Source: an uncultured Enterobacteriaceae bacterium
Lineage (GTDB): Bacteria > Pseudomonadota > Gammaproteobacteria > Burkholderiales > SG8-39
NCBI GenBank assembly: GCA_964627075.1
Contig: CAZVHU010000001.1
Coordinates: 6,454 to 66,841 of the forward strand
Reading direction: 5' to 3'
Length of the DNA stretch: 60,388 nucleotides
This document shows positions 20,626 to 29,635 of this stretch, piece by piece (the first letter of the stretch is position 1; each line of letters starts with the position of its first letter). The notes under the pieces are model-generated. The model had not been told where the DNA came from. It was given only the letters and a program-made list of their open reading frames with translations, and made no database searches. A program made the translations under genes and the position numbers.

Positions 20626-23600
20626 ATGAGCGCGGTACTCGATCTCGGGCCGCTCAGCTGGGTCAAGAGCGAGATCGACTCGTCGCTGGAGCGCGCGCGC
20701 ACGGCGCTGCGCGGCTACGGCGGCGACCCCGAGGGCATCGCCGAGCTCAAGGCATGCCGGAACCACCTGCACCAGGCCTCGGGCGCGGTGCAGATCGTGG
20801 GGCTGGAGGGCGTGACGCGCTTCTTCGCCGAGACCGAAGCGCTGGTGAGCGAGATCGAGTCCGGCGCGGTTGCCGCGACCGAAGCGGTGCGCGGCGCGAT
20901 CGAGCGCGCGATCGGCGCCATCGGCAGGTACCTCACCGAGCTGCTCGACGGCGCGCCCGACCAGCCGCTGCGGCTGTTTTCCGCCTACCGCGACGTGGTG
21001 CAGGCGCGCGGCGCGCCCGACGCGGTCGAGGCCGACCTGTATTTCCCCGACGTCTCGCTCGGGCCCTCGGCGCGGCCGAAGCCGGCGCTGGATCTGGCGC
21101 GCAACGAGGCGCTCGCGCACCTGCGCGCGCAGCGCGCGCGCTTCCAGCGCGGCTTCGTGCGGTGGCTGCGCACACCGGCGGACGTCGCGGCGCTGGAAGA
21201 GATGCGCGCCGCGGTGGACGCGATCGAGGAGACGCAGACCGCGCAGGTGCAGCGCGCCTTCTGGTGGGCGGCGGGGGCGCTGGCGGACGCGCTGGTGCAC
21301 GGCGACCTCGAGCCCGAGCCGGGCGTCAAGCACCTGTGCAGCCGCATCGAGCAGCAGATGCGGCGCATGATCGAAGGCTCGGAGTCGGTGTCCGAGCGCC
21401 TGCTGCGCGAAGCGCTGTACTGGGTGGCGCGCGCGGGCGCCCCGCGCTCGCCCGAGGGCACGGGCAACCTGCGCGACGCCGTCCTGCGCGCCCGCGGCGA
21501 TGCAAAAAGCCCGCGCGCCGTCGCGGTGAAGCAGGCGTTCCGGCTCGAGGGTTCGCTGCCGCTGCGCGAGCAGCCCGCGGACCTGTCGCAGCGCGTGCCG
21601 ATGGCGGCGGCGCTGCGCGACGCGCTCGACGCCGCGAAGGAATCGTGGAACAAGTTCGCCGCCGGCGCCGAGAGCGCGCTGGCGGAGTTCGCGCGCGCCG
21701 CGGCCGCGATCACCGCGCTCGCGCCGGCGTTGCGCCACGCCGCGCTCACCGAGCTCGCCGCCGAAATCGCGCGCGCCGCAGCGCTGCTGCAGGCCGAGCC
21801 CGCGAAGATGAGCGAGGCGATCGCGATGGAGGTCGCCACCGCGCTGCTCATGGCCGAGACCGCGGCCGAGAACTACCAGGACCTGGCGGCCGAGTTCGCG
21901 CCGCAGGCGCAGGCGATGCGCGCGCGCCTCGCCGCCGCGCTCGCCGGCCGGCCCGCGGCCGAGGGCAGCGCGGGCGGGCCGCTGATCGACGCGCTGACGC
22001 GCCGCGCGCAGGAGCGCCTGGCGGTGGCGAGCACCATCGCCGAGATGCAGGGCAACCTGCACAAGATCGAGCAGGCGCTGGACGCCTACTTCCGCGACCC
22101 TGCGAAGGCGGGCGAGCTCGCGGCGCTCGAGCCGATGATCCACCAGGTCGCGGGCGCGCTCGAGCTGCTGGGCGAGGACGAGGCGCGCGGGGCGCTGGAG
22201 CGCTGCGCGGCGCGTATCCGCGCCTTCGCGCGCTCGCTCGCGCGCCCCGCGCTGGAGGAATTCGAGGAGCTGGCGCAAGTGCTCTCGGGGCTGGGCTTCT
22301 ATATCGACGCCTTGCGCCACGGCAAGGCGGACTTCGCCACCGCGATGCAGCCGGTGCGCCTGCGGCCGCCGGCGCCCGAGGCCGAGCGGCGCGCCGCGAG
22401 CGTCGAGGCCGAGCTCGAGCGCCAGAAGGACGAGATCCAGGCGCTCTACGAGACCTGGCGCTCGCGCCCCGGCGACGGCAAGCTGCGCGCCGAGCTCAAG
22501 GCGCGCCTGAAGAGCGTGCGCAAGGACGCCGACCTCGTGGCCAACCAGGCGCTGGGCAGCTGGGCGCGCGAGGTGCTGGCGAAGCTCAAGCGCGCGCCGC
22601 GCGTGGATGATGCCGAGAAGATCGCGCCCACCATGGCGCACCTCGGGCCGCAGGCCGAGACGCCGTCGGCCGAGGCGCAACGGCTCAAGGATGCGAGCGT
22701 CGAGCGCCTCGACGCCGAGCTGCTCGCGATCTTCCTCGAGGAGGCGGTGAGCGTGCTCGCCACCATCGCCGAGAACCTCTCCCTGAGCCGCAGCCAGCCG
22801 GCGTCGATGGCGCACCTGGTGACGATCCGGCGCAGCTTCCACACCCTGAAGGGCAGCGGCCGGATGGTGGGGCTTGCGCGCCTGGCGGAGGCGGCGTGGG
22901 CGGTCGAGCAGGTGATGAACCTCTGGCTGCAGCAGGAACGAAGCGCCACGCCCGAGCTGTTGGCGCTGGTGGAGCTGGCGCACGGCACCTTCGCCGACTG
23001 GGTGGCGCGGCTGCAGCAGGGCGAGCCGCAGCCCGACGCGGCGGCGGTGCTCGCCGCGGCCGAGCGCGTGCGTCGCGGTGGGCCAGCGCTAGCAGTCGCG
23101 CCTGCCCCGGCGGCCGCGCCCGAGGCGGACATCGTCATCGGCCCGGCGCGCATCTCGCCGTCGCTGTTCGCGGTGTTCGTCAACGAGGCGCGCCAGCACC
23201 TCGACACGCTCGAGCGCAATCTCGCCGCGGCGGCGGCCGGCGCGCCGCGCGAGGAGCACACGCGGGCCGCGCACACGCTCGCCGGCATCTGCGGCACGGT
23301 GCGGATCCCGGCGATGCAGGAGCTGGGCCACGCACTGGAATTGGCGCTTGGCCGGCTGCGCGACCGGCCGACGGCGCCGGGCGGCGGCGAGCTGGAGCTG
23401 CTCGCGCGCTCGATCGCGGCGCTGCGCGAGATGTACGCCGCGGTGGTCGAGCGCAGCGAGCCGGCGCCGCGGCCCGACTTGGCGCGCTCGCTCGAAGCGG
23501 TGAGCGCGGCGCCCGCGGAGCCGCGGCCGGCGGCCCTGCCCGTGGAGGAGCCGAGGCCGGCCGCCACGCGGGTGGCGCGCGCCGCGCCCAAGGCGCCGCC

Positions 23601-25854
23601 TGGCGAGCGCGTGGTGGAGGAAGTGCCGCTCGAGCGCCGCGAGCGGCGCATCGAGGACGAGGTCGACGCGCAGCTCATTCCGGTGTTCCTGGAGGAGGCC
23701 GCCGAGCTCGCGCCGAGGGTAGGCGAGCTGCTGCGCGCCTGGCGCGCCGAGCAAGCGAACTTCGAGCACGCCTCGGCGCTGCAGCGGGTGCTGCACACGC
23801 TGAAGGGCAGCGCGCGCATGGCCGGCGTCATGAGCCTCGGGGAGCTGACGCACCACATGGAGGCGCGCGTCGGCACCGCGGTGGCGCTCAAGCTCGCGCA
23901 GCCGCAGCTGTTCGACGACCTGGAGTCGTCGTACGACCGCATCGGGCTGCTGATCGAGCGGCTGCAACGGCGCGCGGCGCCCGCTGCCGAGCAGCCCGTT
24001 GCCGCGGCGCCGGCGGCCGAACCGGCGCTCAGGCCGGCGCGCCCCGCGCCCGCGGCGCCGCGCACCATGCTGCGGGTGCGCACCGAGCTGGTGGAAAAGC
24101 TCGTCAACGAGGCGGGCGAGGTCGCGATCACGCGCACGCGCATCGAGGGCGAGATGCGCTCGCTCAAGGGCGCGCTCGCCGAGCTCACCGAGAACGTCGC
24201 ACGCCTGCGCCGCGAGCTGCGCGAGATCGAGATCCAGGCCGAATCGCAGATGCAGGCCCGCGTGCGCGAGGCGGAAGAGGCCGAGCGCCCCTTCGACCCG
24301 CTGGAGATCGACCGCTTCACGCGCTTCCAGGAGATCACGCGCTTCATGGCCGAGAGCGTGAACGACCTCTCGACCGTGCACCAGCACATCACGCGCTCGG
24401 TGGACGACACCGATTCGGCGCTCTCGGTGCAGGCGCGCCTGACGCGCGAGCTGCAGCAGGACCTGATGCGCATCCGCATGGTGCCGATCGGCTCGCTCGC
24501 CGAGCGGCTGCATCGCCTCGCGCGCCAGACCGCGAAGGAGCTCGGCAAGCGCGTCAACCTCGACATCCACGGCGCGCAGGTCGAGCTCGACCGCTCGGTG
24601 CTGGAGCGCATGGCGGCGCCGCTCGAGCACATGGTGCGCAACGCCGTGATCCACGGCATCGAGGCCCCGGCCGCGCGCCTCGCGGCCGGCAAGCCCGAGA
24701 TGGGCGAGATCCACCTCGATGTGCGCCAGGAGGGCAACGAGGTCACGCTCGCCTTCGCCGACGACGGCGCGGGGCTCGACCTCGAGCGCATCCGCGCGCG
24801 GGCGCTGGCGCAGGGGCTGTTGAGGGAGGGCGAGCCGGTGAACGAGCAGGCGCTCGCCGAGCTCGTGTTCGTGCCGGGCTTCTCCACCGCCGAGGTGGTG
24901 ACCGAGATCGCCGGCCGCGGCGTCGGCATGGACGTGGTGAAGAACGAGGTGAGCGGCCTGGGCGGGCGCGTCGAGCTCGCCTCGAGCACCGGGCGCGGCG
25001 CGCGCTTCACCATCCGGCTGCCGCTCACCACCGCGGTGACGCAGACCGTGCTGGTGAAATCCGGCGCCCGCGTCTGCGCGCTGCCGGCAGTGATGGTCGA
25101 GCAGGTGCAGCATTTGCGCGGCGGGGAGCTGGAGCGCGTGCGCGCCGCCGGCGAATACGAGTGGGCGGGCAGGCGCTACCCGCTCGCCTACCTGCCCGAC
25201 CTGCTCGGCGAGCCCGGCAACCCCGAGGCCGCGAAGCGCTTCCAGCCCGCGATCCTGCTGCGCTCGGGCGCGGACTCGGTGGCGCTGCTGGTGGACGAGA
25301 TGCTCGGCAACCAGGAAAACGTGGTCAAGAATCTCGGGCCGCAGCTCGCGCGCGTGCCGGGCATCGCCGGCGTCACGGTGCTCGGCTCGGGCGAGATCGT
25401 GCTGATCCTCAACCCGGTGCCGCTCGCGCGGCTCGGGCCCCGCCCGCAGCGCGCGGCGGCGGCCGCGCCCGCCGCCGCCGCGCCCGCGCGCCCCAGGGTG
25501 ATGGTGGTGGACGACTCGCTTACGGTGCGCAAGATCACCGGGCGGCTGCTCGTGCGCGAGGGCTACGAAGTGCTCACCGCCAAGGACGGCGTCGAAGCGC
25601 TCGAGCAGCTCGCCGAGGTGGTCCCGGACGTGATGCTGGTGGACATCGAGATGCCGCGCATGGACGGCTTCGACCTGACGCGCAACGTGCGGGCGGACGC
25701 GCGCCTGAAGCGCGTGCCGATCATCATGATCACCTCGCGCACCGCCGCCAAGCACCGCGCCTACGCCGCGGAGCTCGGCGTGGACGTGTTTCTCGGCAAG
25801 CCCTACCGCGAGGAGGAGCTGCTGGGGCACATCGCTTCGTATATCGGCGGCTGA
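20626..25854 (+). CDS. chpA: Hybrid CheA-type histidine kinase ChpA/PilL (multi-Hpt, kinase, CheW, receiver)
   Basis: 1742 aa. At least four Hpt-like motifs are present (LHQASGAVQIVG, FHTLKGSGRMVG, AHTLAGICGTVRI, LHTLKGSARMAGV). It has HATPase boxes (HMVRNAVIHGIE, DDGAGLD, GRGVGMD), a CheW-like region, and a C-terminal REC domain (VMVVDDS, MLVDIEMP, LGKPY). Confidence 0.92.
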   Translation: MSAVLDLGPLSWVKSEIDSSLERARTALRGYGGDPEGIAELKACRNHLHQASGAVQIVGLEGVTRFFAETEALVSEIESGAVAATEAVRGAIERAIGAIGRYLTELLDGAPDQPLRLFSAYRDVVQARGAPDAVEADLYFPDVSLGPSARPKPALDLARNEALAHLRAQRARFQRGFVRWLRTPADVAALEEMRAAVDAIEETQTAQVQRAFWWAAGALADALVHGDLEPEPGVKHLCSRIEQQMRRMIEGSESVSERLLREALYWVARAGAPRSPEGTGNLRDAVLRARGDAKSPRAVAVKQAFRLEGSLPLREQPADLSQRVPMAAALRDALDAAKESWNKFAAGAESALAEFARAAAAITALAPALRHAALTELAAEIARAAALLQAEPAKMSEAIAMEVATALLMAETAAENYQDLAAEFAPQAQAMRARLAAALAGRPAAEGSAGGPLIDALTRRAQERLAVASTIAEMQGNLHKIEQALDAYFRDPAKAGELAALEPMIHQVAGALELLGEDEARGALERCAARIRAFARSLARPALEEFEELAQVLSGLGFYIDALRHGKADFATAMQPVRLRPPAPEAERRAASVEAELERQKDEIQALYETWRSRPGDGKLRAELKARLKSVRKDADLVANQALGSWAREVLAKLKRAPRVDDAEKIAPTMAHLGPQAETPSAEAQRLKDASVERLDAELLAIFLEEAVSVLATIAENLSLSRSQPASMAHLVTIRRSFHTLKGSGRMVGLARLAEAAWAVEQVMNLWLQQERSATPELLALVELAHGTFADWVARLQQGEPQPDAAAVLAAAERVRRGGPALAVAPAPAAAPEADIVIGPARISPSLFAVFVNEARQHLDTLERNLAAAAAGAPREEHTRAAHTLAGICGTVRIPAMQELGHALELALGRLRDRPTAPGGGELELLARSIAALREMYAAVVERSEPAPRPDLARSLEAVSAAPAEPRPAALPVEEPRPAATRVARAAPKAPPGERVVEEVPLERRERRIEDEVDAQLIPVFLEEAAELAPRVGELLRAWRAEQANFEHASALQRVLHTLKGSARMAGVMSLGELTHHMEARVGTAVALKLAQPQLFDDLESSYDRIGLLIERLQRRAAPAAEQPVAAAPAAEPALRPARPAPAAPRTMLRVRTELVEKLVNEAGEVAITRTRIEGEMRSLKGALAELTENVARLRRELREIEIQAESQMQARVREAEEAERPFDPLEIDRFTRFQEITRFMAESVNDLSTVHQHITRSVDDTDSALSVQARLTRELQQDLMRIRMVPIGSLAERLHRLARQTAKELGKRVNLDIHGAQVELDRSVLERMAAPLEHMVRNAVIHGIEAPAARLAAGKPEMGEIHLDVRQEGNEVTLAFADDGAGLDLERIRARALAQGLLREGEPVNEQALAELVFVPGFSTAEVVTEIAGRGVGMDVVKNEVSGLGGRVELASSTGRGARFTIRLPLTTAVTQTVLVKSGARVCALPAVMVEQVQHLRGGELERVRAAGEYEWAGRRYPLAYLPDLLGEPGNPEAAKRFQPAILLRSGADSVALLVDEMLGNQENVVKNLGPQLARVPGIAGVTVLGSGEIVLILNPVPLARLGPRPQRAAAAAPAAAAPARPRVMVVDDSLTVRKITGRLLVREGYEVLTAKDGVEALEQLAEVVPDVMLVDIEMPRMDGFDLTRNVRADARLKRVPIIMITSRTAAKHRAYAAELGVDVFLGKPYREEELLGHIASYIGG

Positions 25855-25872
25855 GCCCCGCTTGCGCGGGGC
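25855..25872. repeat. GC-rich REP-like hairpin GCCCCGC-TTGC-GCGGGGC immediately after the chpA stop
   Basis: Read directly. It shares the CCCCGC-N4-GCGGGG core with 36911, 36944, 56778 and 56818. It has no U-tract. Confidence 0.7.
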
Positions 25873-25943
25873 GGGACGCCGGCGCGGGAACCCCGGAGCG
25901 GCCTCCGGGATCGAAGGGCATAGGCTAGAATTCGCCTTCGAGC

Positions 25944-26504
25944 ATGTCCTCGATCAACCTGACGCATCACTTCCTGATCGCCATGCCGAGCATGGCCGAT
26001 CCGTACTTCGCGAGGACGCTGACTTTCGTCTGCGAGCACAACGAGCAGGGCGCGCTCGGCATCGTCGTCAACCGCCCGATCGACATGACCCTGCAGGCGC
26101 TGTTCGAGCGCCTGTCGCTCAACCTGCGCGACCGCGAGGTCGGCGACGCGCCGATCTATTTCGGCGGCCCGGTGCAGACCGACCGGGGGTTCGTGCTGCA
26201 TGCGCCGCAGGGCGACTGGCAGTCCACGCTCAAGGTGCGCGACGCGATCGGCCTCACCACCTCCAAGGACATCCTCGAGGCGGTGGGCCGCGGCGCCGGG
26301 CCGCGCAAGCTCATGGTGACGCTCGGCTACGCCGGCTGGTCGGCGGGCCAGCTCGAGCACGAGCTGTCGCAGAACGCCTGGCTGACCGTCGAGGCGAAGG
26401 ACGCGATCATCTTCGAGCTGCCCGCCGAGGAGCGCCTGCCCGCGGCGATGGAGCTGCTCGGCCTGGACTACGCGCGCCTCGCCGACGAAGCAGGTCATGC
26501 CTGA
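25944..26504 (+). CDS. yqgE: YqgE/AlgH family protein (UPF0301)
   Basis: 186 aa. It has [38 protein letters not shown]. The yqgE-ruvX order is conserved. Confidence 0.88.
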   Translation: MSSINLTHHFLIAMPSMADPYFARTLTFVCEHNEQGALGIVVNRPIDMTLQALFERLSLNLRDREVGDAPIYFGGPVQTDRGFVLHAPQGDWQSTLKVRDAIGLTTSKDILEAVGRGAGPRKLMVTLGYAGWSAGQLEHELSQNAWLTVEAKDAIIFELPAEERLPAAMELLGLDYARLADEAGHA

Positions 26505-26940
26505 ACGCGCTGCGCGCACCGTCATCGCCTTCGATTTCGGCTTGCATCACATCGGCGTGGCGGTCGGCGAGCCCGAGGCCCGCACCGCGCACCCGCTGCC
26601 AACGATCCACGCCCGCCACAAGGAGGCGCGCTTCGCGCAGGTTGCGAAGCTGCTCGCCGAATGGCGGCCCGCGGCGCTGGTGGTCGGGTTGCCGCGCGGC
26701 GAGGACGGCGCTCGCCACGAGGTCGCGCGCCGCGCCGAGCGCTTTGCGCGCCAGCTCGAGGGGCGCTTCGGGCTGCCGGTGGCGCGCGTCGACGAGAGCT
26801 ACAGCTCGCTCGAAGCCGAGGGCCGCGTGCGCGCCGCCGCCGGGGGGCGCGCGGCAGTGCGGCTCGCGCGCGGCAGAATGCTCGATTCCTATGCCGCGCA
26901 GCTGATCCTGGAGCAATATTTCGATGAAGCCGCTGCCTGA
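26497..26940 (+). CDS. ruvX: Holliday-junction-resolvase-like nuclease YqgF/RuvX
   Basis: 147 aa. It has [16 protein letters not shown] and the C-terminal [13 protein letters not shown]. Confidence 0.9.
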   Translation: MPERAARTVIAFDFGLHHIGVAVGEPEARTAHPLPTIHARHKEARFAQVAKLLAEWRPAALVVGLPRGEDGARHEVARRAERFARQLEGRFGLPVARVDESYSSLEAEGRVRAAAGGRAAVRLARGRMLDSYAAQLILEQYFDEAAA

Positions 26941-27424
26941 GGCCGAGACGCTGCTGCCCAGGCTCGCCGCCGAGCTGCGGCCGCGCATCACGCCCAGCTC
27001 GGCGATGATCGGCCTGTATACCGGCGGCGCCTGGCTGGCCGAGCGGCTGCACCCGCTGCTGCCGATGAAGGACCCGCTGGGCCTCATGGACATCGCGTTC
27101 TACCGCGACGACTATTCCAGGCAGGGCCTCAAGCACGACCCCAAGCGCACCAAGATCCCGTTCGACGTCGAGGGGCGCGACCTGCTTCTGGTGGACGACG
27201 TGCTCTACACCGGGCGCACGGTGCGCGCGGCGATGAACGAGCTGTTCGACTACGGCCGGCCGCGCTCGATCGCGCTGGTGGTGCTCGCCGACCGCGGCGG
27301 CCGCCAGCTGCCGATCTGCCCGCAGGTGTGCGGCGCGCAGGTCGAGGTGCCCGAGGGCATGCGCCTGCGCCTCAAGCGCGGCGAGGACGGCAAGCTGCGG
27401 CTGGAGCTCGAGCGTGCAGCGTAA
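26924..27424 (+). CDS. pyrR: Bifunctional pyr regulator/uracil phosphoribosyltransferase PyrR
   Basis: 166 aa. It has the PRTase motif [13 protein letters not shown] and lies upstream of pyrB. Confidence 0.9.
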   Translation: MKPLPEAETLLPRLAAELRPRITPSSAMIGLYTGGAWLAERLHPLLPMKDPLGLMDIAFYRDDYSRQGLKHDPKRTKIPFDVEGRDLLLVDDVLYTGRTVRAAMNELFDYGRPRSIALVVLADRGGRQLPICPQVCGAQVEVPEGMRLRLKRGEDGKLRLELERAA

Positions 27425-28364
27425 CCCGCAGCTCAACTCGAACGGCGAGCTGCAGCACCTGCTTTCCATCGAGGGCCTGCCGCGCGAGACGCTGGTGCAG
27501 ATCCTCGACACCGCCGAGTCCTTCGTCGGGGTCACCGAGCGCGAGGTGAAGAAGGTGCCGTTGCTGCGCGGAAAGAGCGTCTTCAACCTGTTCTTCGAGC
27601 CCTCGACGCGCACCCGCACCACCTTCGAGATCGCCGCGAAGCGCCTGTCGGCCGACGTCATCAACCTGAACATCGCGCTGTCTTCGCAGACCAAGGGCGA
27701 ATCGCTGCTCGACACGGTGGCGAACCTCTCGGCGATGCAGGCCGACATCTTCGTCGTGCGCCACGCCTCGTCCGGGGCGCCGTATCTCATCGCGCGCCAC
27801 GTCAAGCCCCACGAGCACGTGATCAACGCCGGCGACGGCCGCCACGCCCACCCGACTCAAGGGCTGCTCGATCTCTACACCATCCGCCACTACAAGAAGG
27901 AGTTCGGCGCCCTCACGGTGGCGATCGTGGGCGACGTGCTGCACTCGCGCGTGGCGAGGTCCCTCATCCACGGCCTGACCACGCTGGGCGCTCCCGAGGT
28001 GCGCGTCATCGGGCCGCAGACGCTGCTGCCCGCGGGCGTCGCGGCGCTCGGCGTGCGCGTGTTTCACGACATGCGAGCGGGCCTCAAGGACTGCGACGTG
28101 GTGGTGATGCTGCGGCTGCAGAACGAGCGCATGAGCGGCGCGCTGCTGCCCTCGGCGCAGGAATACTTCATGAGCTACGGCCTCACCGCCGAGAAGCTCG
28201 CGCTCGCCAGGCGCGACGCCATCGTCATGCACCCCGGGCCGATGAACCGCGGCGTCGAGATCGACTCCTCGGTCGCCGACGGCCCGCACTCGGTGATCCT
28301 GCCGCAGGTCACCTTCGGCATCGCGGTGCGCATGGCGGTGATGAGCATCGTGGCGGGGAACTGA
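27414..28364 (+). CDS. pyrB: Aspartate carbamoyltransferase catalytic subunit
   Basis: 316 aa. It has [23 protein letters not shown] and [11 protein letters not shown]. Confidence 0.95.
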   Translation: MQRNPQLNSNGELQHLLSIEGLPRETLVQILDTAESFVGVTEREVKKVPLLRGKSVFNLFFEPSTRTRTTFEIAAKRLSADVINLNIALSSQTKGESLLDTVANLSAMQADIFVVRHASSGAPYLIARHVKPHEHVINAGDGRHAHPTQGLLDLYTIRHYKKEFGALTVAIVGDVLHSRVARSLIHGLTTLGAPEVRVIGPQTLLPAGVAALGVRVFHDMRAGLKDCDVVVMLRLQNERMSGALLPSAQEYFMSYGLTAEKLALARRDAIVMHPGPMNRGVEIDSSVADGPHSVILPQVTFGIAVRMAVMSIVAGN

Positions 28365-29635
28365 TGCGGATCCTGGTTCGCGGCGGGCGCGTCATCGACC
28401 CGGCGAGCGGCCGCGACGCCGCGGGCGACGTCTGGGTCGCGAACGGCAGGATCGCCGCGCCGGGCGGCGCGCCCGAGCGCACCATCGACGCGAAGGGCAT
28501 GGTGGTGGCGCCGGGCCTGATCGATCTCTCGGCGCGGCTGCGCGAGCCGGGCTACGAGTACAAGGCGACGCTCGAATCGGAGATGGAAGCGGCGCTCGCC
28601 GGCGGCGTCACCTCGCTCGCCTGCCCGCCCGACACCGACCCGCCGCTGGACGAGCCTGGGCTCGTGGACATGCTGCGCCGGCGCGCCAAGGCCCTGAGCC
28701 GCGCGCGCGTCTACCCGATCGGCGCGCTCACCCTGAAGCTCGAGGGCAAGCGCCTCACCGAGATGGCCGAGCTCGCCGCGGCCGGCTGCGTCGCGTTCTC
28801 GCAGGCGAACGTGCCGATCACCGACACCCAGGTGCTGTGGCGCGCGCTGCAGTACGCCGCCACCTTCGGCTACCGCGTGTGGCTGCGCGCCGAGGACCCG
28901 TGGCTCGCGAAGGGCGGCGTGGCGCACGACGGCGAGGTGGCGACGCGGCTCGGGCTGCCCGGGATCCCGGTGTTCGCCGAGACGATCGCGCTCGGCACGC
29001 TGCTTGAGCTGGTGCGCGCGACCGGCACGCGCGTGCACGTATGCCGCCTGTCCACCGCTGCCGCGGTGGCGATGATGCGCGCGGCGAAGAAGGAGGGGCT
29101 GCCCGTCACCTGCGACGTCGGCATCCACCACGTGCACCTGTCCGACATGGATCTCGGGTTCTACGACTCGCATTGCCGGCTCGACCCGCCGCTCAGGACG
29201 CAGCGCGACCGCGAGTCGCTCGCGGCGGGCCTTGCCGACGGCACCATCGACTGCGCGGTGTCGGACCACACGCCGGTGGACGACGACGGCAAGCACCTGC
29301 CGTTCGCCGAGGCCGAGCCGGGCGCCACGGGCCTTGAGCTGCTGCTGCCGCTGACGCTCAAGTGGGCCGGGGAGAGAAAGCTGCCGCTTCCGCAGGCGCT
29401 GGCGCGCGTCACGAGCGACGCCGCGCGGGTGCTCGGCTCGCCAGCGGGCCGCATCGAAGAGGGCGCGCCGGCCGACCTCGTCGTGTTCGATCCGCAGGCG
29501 CCGTTCCGCGTCACGCCCGAGGCGCTGCGCAGCCAGGGCAAGAACTCGCCCTTCCTCGGCCATGAGCTCGCCGGCCGGGTGCGCGCGACGATCGTCGCCG
29601 GAAACCTCTGTTACGAGGCGCGCTCCGCCCAGTAA
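28364..29635 (+). CDS. Dihydroorotase-like protein, probably non-catalytic (PyrC'-type)
   Basis: 423 aa with an amidohydrolase fold, immediately after pyrB. Where class I dihydroorotases carry D-x-H-x-H (HVH), this protein reads GLIDLSARLREPG, so the first metal-binding His pair is absent. Confidence 0.8.
   Translation: MRILVRGGRVIDPASGRDAAGDVWVANGRIAAPGGAPERTIDAKGMVVAPGLIDLSARLREPGYEYKATLESEMEAALAGGVTSLACPPDTDPPLDEPGLVDMLRRRAKALSRARVYPIGALTLKLEGKRLTEMAELAAAGCVAFSQANVPITDTQVLWRALQYAATFGYRVWLRAEDPWLAKGGVAHDGEVATRLGLPGIPVFAETIALGTLLELVRATGTRVHVCRLSTAAAVAMMRAAKKEGLPVTCDVGIHHVHLSDMDLGFYDSHCRLDPPLRTQRDRESLAAGLADGTIDCAVSDHTPVDDDGKHLPFAEAEPGATGLELLLPLTLKWAGERKLPLPQALARVTSDAARVLGSPAGRIEEGAPADLVVFDPQAPFRVTPEALRSQGKNSPFLGHELAGRVRATIVAGNLCYEARSAQ

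Noticed and set aside
18126-25830. Very long ORFs antisense to pilJ and chpA (for example 18126-20549, 20524-22983, 22446-25031 and 23089-25830, at 800-900 aa each)
   Set aside because: Their products are Arg/Ala/Gly/His-rich and of low complexity, with no recognisable motifs. The opposite strand encodes textbook MCP and CheA-type domains. These are typical shadow ORFs of GC-rich DNA.
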